A stretch of DNA of 64,000 nucleotides from an uncultured Candidatus Solibacter sp. (GTDB lineage: Bacteria > Acidobacteriota > Terriglobia > Bryobacterales > Bryobacteraceae): assembly GCA_964604945.1 (NCBI GenBank), contig CAZSBK010000005.1, positions 3,185-67,184 of the forward strand, given 5' to 3'. The stretch's first letter is position 1. Each line of letters starts with the position of its first letter. Made by a program: the position numbers and the translations under genes. The notes below the pieces were generated by a model, which made no database searches, had not been told where the DNA came from, and was given only the letters and a program-made list of their open reading frames with translations. This document shows positions 60,420-64,000 of this stretch, piece after piece.

Positions 60420-61357
60420 ACTGGTTCCGTGATTTTCTTCTGCCCAAGGCAGCCAGCGCGAATACCGGGGACGTCGATGGACTTTTCATGTTCATCGCCT
60501 GGCTGACCGTCTTCTTCTTCTTCTTCAATGGCGGACTCATCTGGTATGCCGTCCGCAAATGGAAGCGCCGTTCCACAAATGACATCACGCCCCACATCAC
60601 CCACAACACGCGACTCGAGGTCGTCTGGAGCGTCATCCCGCTCATCGTCGTCATGGCCATCTTCTTCTATGGCTTCCGCGGCTATGTTCGAGCCTGGGTG
60701 GTGCCGAACGACGCGCTGGAGATCGTCGTCACCGGAAAGAAGTGGGTCTGGGAGTTTGAATACCCCGACGGTACCCGCAGCCTCAACGACCTGCACGTGC
60801 CGCTCAACAAGCCCGTCAAGCTCGTGCTCCACTCAGAGGACGTCATCCACTCCTTCTTCGTGCCGGCCTTTCGTATCAAACGCGACGCCATCCCGGGCCG
60901 CTACACCGAGCTGTGGTTCACCGCCACTGAGCCCGGCGTCCACCAGGTCTTCTGTGCAGAATACTGCGGCAAGGGCCACTCCGACATGTTGGCCCGCGTC
61001 TTCGCCGATACGCCCGGGCAATATGACACGTTCCTCAAGGAAGGCGACGAGCAGGTCCGCAAGATGCCGCTGAAGGAACTCGGCAAGCTGGTGTACGAGA
61101 ACAAGGGCTGCGCCACGTGCCATTCAATCGACGGCACCCGCGGCCAGGGCCCCAGCCTCAAGGCGATCTTCGGCCAGGAAGTGAAGGACTCGACGGGCAA
61201 GACCCATCTGATCGACGCCAACTATATCCGCGAGTCGGTCCTTAGCCCGCAAGCCGTCGTGGTTCAGGGCTATGAGCCGATCATGCCCACGTTCCAGGGT
61301 CTGCTGCGCGAACGTGAACTCGCCGGCGTGATCGAGTACATCAAGTCGCTGCAGTAA
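60416..61357 (+). CDS. coxB: Cytochrome c oxidase subunit II with fused C-terminal cytochrome c domain (caa3-type)
   Basis: CuA site HSFFVPAFRIKRDAIPGRY...CAEYCGKGHSDM. C-terminal CATCH haem c site. Confidence 0.9.
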   Translation: MNWFRDFLLPKAASANTGDVDGLFMFIAWLTVFFFFFNGGLIWYAVRKWKRRSTNDITPHITHNTRLEVVWSVIPLIVVMAIFFYGFRGYVRAWVVPNDALEIVVTGKKWVWEFEYPDGTRSLNDLHVPLNKPVKLVLHSEDVIHSFFVPAFRIKRDAIPGRYTELWFTATEPGVHQVFCAEYCGKGHSDMLARVFADTPGQYDTFLKEGDEQVRKMPLKELGKLVYENKGCATCHSIDGTRGQGPSLKAIFGQEVKDSTGKTHLIDANYIRESVLSPQAVVVQGYEPIMPTFQGLLRERELAGVIEYIKSLQ

Positions 61358-61367
61358 TTGAGGAGAT

Positions 61368-63020
61368 TTGAACATGGCAGACGTCACCGCACATCCAGCC
61401 GTTCATAGCCACCCCGACTACCTGTCGGAGAACAAGGGGCTGTGGAACTGGCTCACCACCGTCGACCATAAGCGCATCGGCCTGATGTACATGTGGTCGG
61501 TCGTTGGCTTCATGATTATCGGCGGCCTGCTCGCCCTCTCCATTCGCCTGGAACTGCTCACCCCTCGGCATACCATCATGTCGGCCGAGATGTACAACCG
61601 CGCCTTCACCCTGCATGGCGCCATCATGACCTTCCTGGTGATCATCCCCGCCATCCCCGCCGCGCTCGGCAACTTCATCCTGCCGCTGCTGCTGGGAGCC
61701 AAGGACGTCGCTTTCCCGCGCCTGAATCTCGCCTCGCTCTGGGTCTATTGGACCGGCGCCGCGATGGCCGTCTCTACCCTGATTCTCGGCGGCGTTGACA
61801 CCGGCTGGACCTTCTACACGCCCTACTCGACAACCACCGGCGGCGGCGTCTCGATGATGGTGCTGGCCGCGTTCGTCCTCGGGTTCTCGTCCATCTTCAC
61901 CGGCGTCAACTTCATTGCCACCATCCACAAGCTGCGCGCGCCCGGCATGGGCTGGTTCCAGTTGCCGCTGTTCGCCTGGGGCATGTACTCGACCGCCGTC
62001 ATCCAGATTCTGGCTACCCCTGTCCTCGGCATCACTTTGCTGTTGCTGGTGATGGAGCGCGTCTTTAACATCGGCATCTTCGATCCCCAACTCGGAGGCG
62101 ATCCGGTTCTGTTCCAGCACTTCTTCTGGTTCTATTCGCACCCGGCCGTCTACATCATGATTCTGCCGGCAATGGCGGTGATTTCGGAGATCATTCCCAC
62201 ATTTTCGAAAAAGTCGATCTTCGGCTACAAGGCCATCGCCTTCTCTTCGGTCACCATCGCCCTGCTGGGATTCTTCGTCTGGGCTCATCACATGTTTGTT
62301 GCCGGAATGAGCCTGTTTGCCGGAGCGGTGTTCAGTTTCATCACCTTCTTCATCGCCATTCCCTCGGCCATCAAGGTCTTCAACTGGATTGCGACGATGT
62401 GGCGCGGCTCCATCGAACTGAAGACGCCGATGCTCTACGCCATCAACTTCCTGCTGCTGTTCACCATCGGCGGCCTCACCGGACTTTTCCTGGCCTCGCT
62501 TTCCACCGACGTTCATCTGCACGACACCTACTTCGTCGTGTCGCACTTCCACTACGTCATGGCCGGCTCCAACATGATCGCCCTGCTGGCGGGTGTGCAT
62601 TACTGGTGGCCGAAGATGTTTGGCCGCATGTACAACGAAACGGCTGCTTCCATCGGCTGTGTGCTGGTCTTCATCGGCTTCAATGCGACGTTCCTTCCGC
62701 AATTCGTCATGGGCAGCCGCGGCATGCCGCGCCGCTACTACAACTACCTGGATCAGTTCCAGACCATGCACGTCGCCTCCACCATCGGCAGTTGGATTCT
62801 CGCCGCAGGGCTCTTTCTGGCCCTGGCCACGCTGCTGGCCAGTCTGCGAAAACCCAAGGACGCGCCGGCAAACCCCTGGGGCGGCCGCACATTCGAATGG
62901 GAGGCCGGCTCGCCGCCGATCACCCACAACTTCGAGCACACCCCCATCTGCATTTACGGGCCCTACGACTACCGCGAGCACCCCGTGCCCGTCGCCGAAG
63001 AGGAGAATGCCGCCCACTAG
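61368..63020 (+). CDS. ctaD: Cytochrome c oxidase subunit I
   Basis: [40 protein letters not shown], and [14 protein letters not shown] motifs. The start is TTG 61368 or ATG 61374. Confidence 0.95.
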   Translation: MNMADVTAHPAVHSHPDYLSENKGLWNWLTTVDHKRIGLMYMWSVVGFMIIGGLLALSIRLELLTPRHTIMSAEMYNRAFTLHGAIMTFLVIIPAIPAALGNFILPLLLGAKDVAFPRLNLASLWVYWTGAAMAVSTLILGGVDTGWTFYTPYSTTTGGGVSMMVLAAFVLGFSSIFTGVNFIATIHKLRAPGMGWFQLPLFAWGMYSTAVIQILATPVLGITLLLLVMERVFNIGIFDPQLGGDPVLFQHFFWFYSHPAVYIMILPAMAVISEIIPTFSKKSIFGYKAIAFSSVTIALLGFFVWAHHMFVAGMSLFAGAVFSFITFFIAIPSAIKVFNWIATMWRGSIELKTPMLYAINFLLLFTIGGLTGLFLASLSTDVHLHDTYFVVSHFHYVMAGSNMIALLAGVHYWWPKMFGRMYNETAASIGCVLVFIGFNATFLPQFVMGSRGMPRRYYNYLDQFQTMHVASTIGSWILAAGLFLALATLLASLRKPKDAPANPWGGRTFEWEAGSPPITHNFEHTPICIYGPYDYREHPVPVAEEENAAH

Positions 63021-63041
63021 GGTGCGCCATCAGGTACCGCT

Positions 63042-63713
63042 ATGAGTGACTTGTCCAGTACTGTTCACACCAGCCACGAAGAGCACGCGCCCGGCCTGCA
63101 GCATCACTTCACCACGATGAAGCAGCAGTTCGAGGCCGCCAAGATCGGTATGTGGCTGTTCCTCGTCACTGAAGTCCTCCTGTTTGGCGGACTGTTTGTC
63201 GGCTATGGCATCATGCACGCCAAGCACCCCGAGGCCTTCGTCGCCGCCCACCATCACCTGGATTGGCGCCTTGGCGCCGTCAACACGATCGTGCTGCTGA
63301 TGTCCTCGTTCACTATGGTCATGGGCGTCTGGTCCGCCCAGACCGGCCAGAAGAAGAAGCTCATCGCCTTCCTGCTGCTCACCGTCGTGCTGGCCATGGT
63401 CTTCATGGGCATCAAGTATGTCGAGTACTCCCACAAGTTCCATGAAGGGCTGCTGCCGGGCAAGTATTACTCGCATCAAGGTGACACCGTGCCGGGCCAG
63501 TTCATGTTCTTCAGCTTCTATTTCATGATGACCGGCCTCCACGGCATCCACGTCTTGCTGGGCGTCGCGGCCATCCTGTGGGTGATGTTCCGCGCCATGC
63601 GCAACGAGTTCTCCGCCCAATACTATGGCCCGGTCGATATCGTCGGCCTTTACTGGCACCTGGTCGATCTCATCTGGATCTACCTGTTCCCCCTCATGTA
63701 CCTGATTTCGTAA
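63042..63713 (+). CDS. ctaE: Cytochrome c oxidase subunit III
   Basis: FEAAKIGMWLFLVTEVLLFGGLF...FYFMMTGLHGIHVLLG...YWHLVDLIWIYLFPLMYL. Confidence 0.9.
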   Translation: MSDLSSTVHTSHEEHAPGLQHHFTTMKQQFEAAKIGMWLFLVTEVLLFGGLFVGYGIMHAKHPEAFVAAHHHLDWRLGAVNTIVLLMSSFTMVMGVWSAQTGQKKKLIAFLLLTVVLAMVFMGIKYVEYSHKFHEGLLPGKYYSHQGDTVPGQFMFFSFYFMMTGLHGIHVLLGVAAILWVMFRAMRNEFSAQYYGPVDIVGLYWHLVDLIWIYLFPLMYLIS

Positions 63714-63770
63714 GGAGTGCCCATGTGCCGCTGGCCCACGAATATTGCTGAAAATCACCCACTCGCGGAA

Positions 63771-63791
63771 CCGCGAACGCAGAGAGCGGGT
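63771..63791 (+). repeat. Dispersed 22-nt repeat, copy 2 (21 nt identical)
   Basis: CCGCGAACGCAGAGAGCGGGT is identical to copy 3 and to the reverse complement of copy 1. Confidence 0.7.
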
Positions 63792-63891
63792 TCCTGTCGG
63801 CGAACGGAGAGAGTGGGTCCACTTGTGGGGCAGACTTCAGTCTGCGAAGGGCTTCAGCCCGCCTCGCTGCGAGGCCCTCTTTACTCGAAGT

Positions 63892-63913
63892 CCGCGAACG
63901 CAGAGAGCGGGTC
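63892..63913 (+). repeat. Dispersed 22-nt repeat, copy 3
   Basis: CCGCGAACGCAGAGAGCGGGTC is the exact reverse complement of 49296-49317. The upstream flank ACTCG... is also shared with copy 2. Confidence 0.7.
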
Positions 63914-64000
63914 CCGGGCCTTACGAGACGAGCCGCAACTGGAAGGAGCGGTTTCGGGGCTGTTTTTCGACAGAGTGCCCATGGGCCTCCGGCCCCAAAA

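Larger units (their letters stand above)
63716..63995. repeat. Repeat-rich stretch after coxC, bounded by a 22-nt imperfect direct repeat
   Basis: AGTGCCCATGtGCCgCtGGCCC (63716-63737) versus AGTGCCCATGgGCCtCcGGCCC (63974-63995), 19/22 identical. Inside are two copies of the 22-nt dispersed repeat, one degenerate copy (GCGAACGGAGAGAGTGGGT, 63800-63818), and two short hairpins (GCAGACttcaGTCTGC, GGGCTtcAGCCC). Confidence 0.6.

Noticed and set aside
60511-60526. (CTT/TTC)5 microsatellite
   Set aside because: It encodes the FFFFF run of a coxB transmembrane helix. It is in frame and functionally explained. A slippage hotspot is possible, but there is no evidence of phase variation.
61341-63017. 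558-aa minus-strand ORF, and similar long antisense ORFs at 54286..55338 and 57840..59120
   Set aside because: Antisense to coxA, actB and actF respectively. These are high-GC shadow frames.
63722-64000. Open frame from ATG 63722 to the window end, behind a good RBS
   Set aside because: The predicted peptide (MCRWPTNIAENHPLAEPRTQRAGSC...) is built from the nucleotide repeats and is not hydrophobic as a cox subunit IV would be. I treated it as repeat DNA and discuss it as a finding instead.

Overview
High-GC bacterial chromosomal window, about 63% G+C in hand-counted ordinary lines. Genes are densely packed on both strands. The gene content points to an Acidobacteriota-like organism (inference): a GWxTD protein, CarboxypepD_reg-type outer-membrane barrels, and an Alternative Complex III cluster fused to a caa3 oxidase cluster. 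All family calls come from motif recognition in the supplied translations and my own translations; no database search was possible.

Main blocks:
- 1-12.4 kb: MFS transporter, enolase-superfamily dehydratase, FAD oxidoreductase, methyltransferase, DksA/TraR, M28 peptidase, a SET-domain gene coupled to a Lys/Tyr-repeat protein, DUF362, and a SurA-like PPIase.
- 12.4-15.2 kb: a small cluster of a NifX-like protein, TrmO, a PadR regulator and an RG-rich secreted protein, sharing an ATGT-N5-ACATCTA operator-like motif.
- 15.2-18.6 kb: an argF-argH-argR operon preceded by tandem ARG boxes. Its last gene is a Bcp-type peroxiredoxin with an in-frame TGA exactly at the catalytic Cys position, making it a selenoprotein candidate.
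- 18.7-24.8 kb: a hybrid propeller-type sensor kinase followed by an RsbU/RsbV/RsbW-like partner-switching module.
- 24.8-47 kb: housekeeping and envelope genes, including GT9, MTAP, GlcEF, a serine hydrolase, YbaK, a GWxTD plus outer-membrane pair, YhhQ, an alginate-lyase-like protein, two APC permeases, ThiE, LOG, and a WbpB/WbpE-like pair.
- 47.1-49.3 kb: a lower-GC stretch holding about 730 bp with no convincing gene and one orphan secreted protein.
- 49.3-63.7 kb: a REC-XRE regulator and sensor kinase, divergent from actABCDEF, an unknown membrane gene, SCO1 and coxB-coxA-coxC.
- The window ends in a repeat-rich stretch carrying a 22-nt dispersed repeat that also occurs at 49.3 kb.

I saw no rRNA, tRNA, CRISPR array, transposase or integrase. 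The most interesting items are the TGA-containing peroxiredoxin, the SET-domain and Lys/Tyr-repeat gene pair, the PadR-linked cluster, and the low-GC orphan island.
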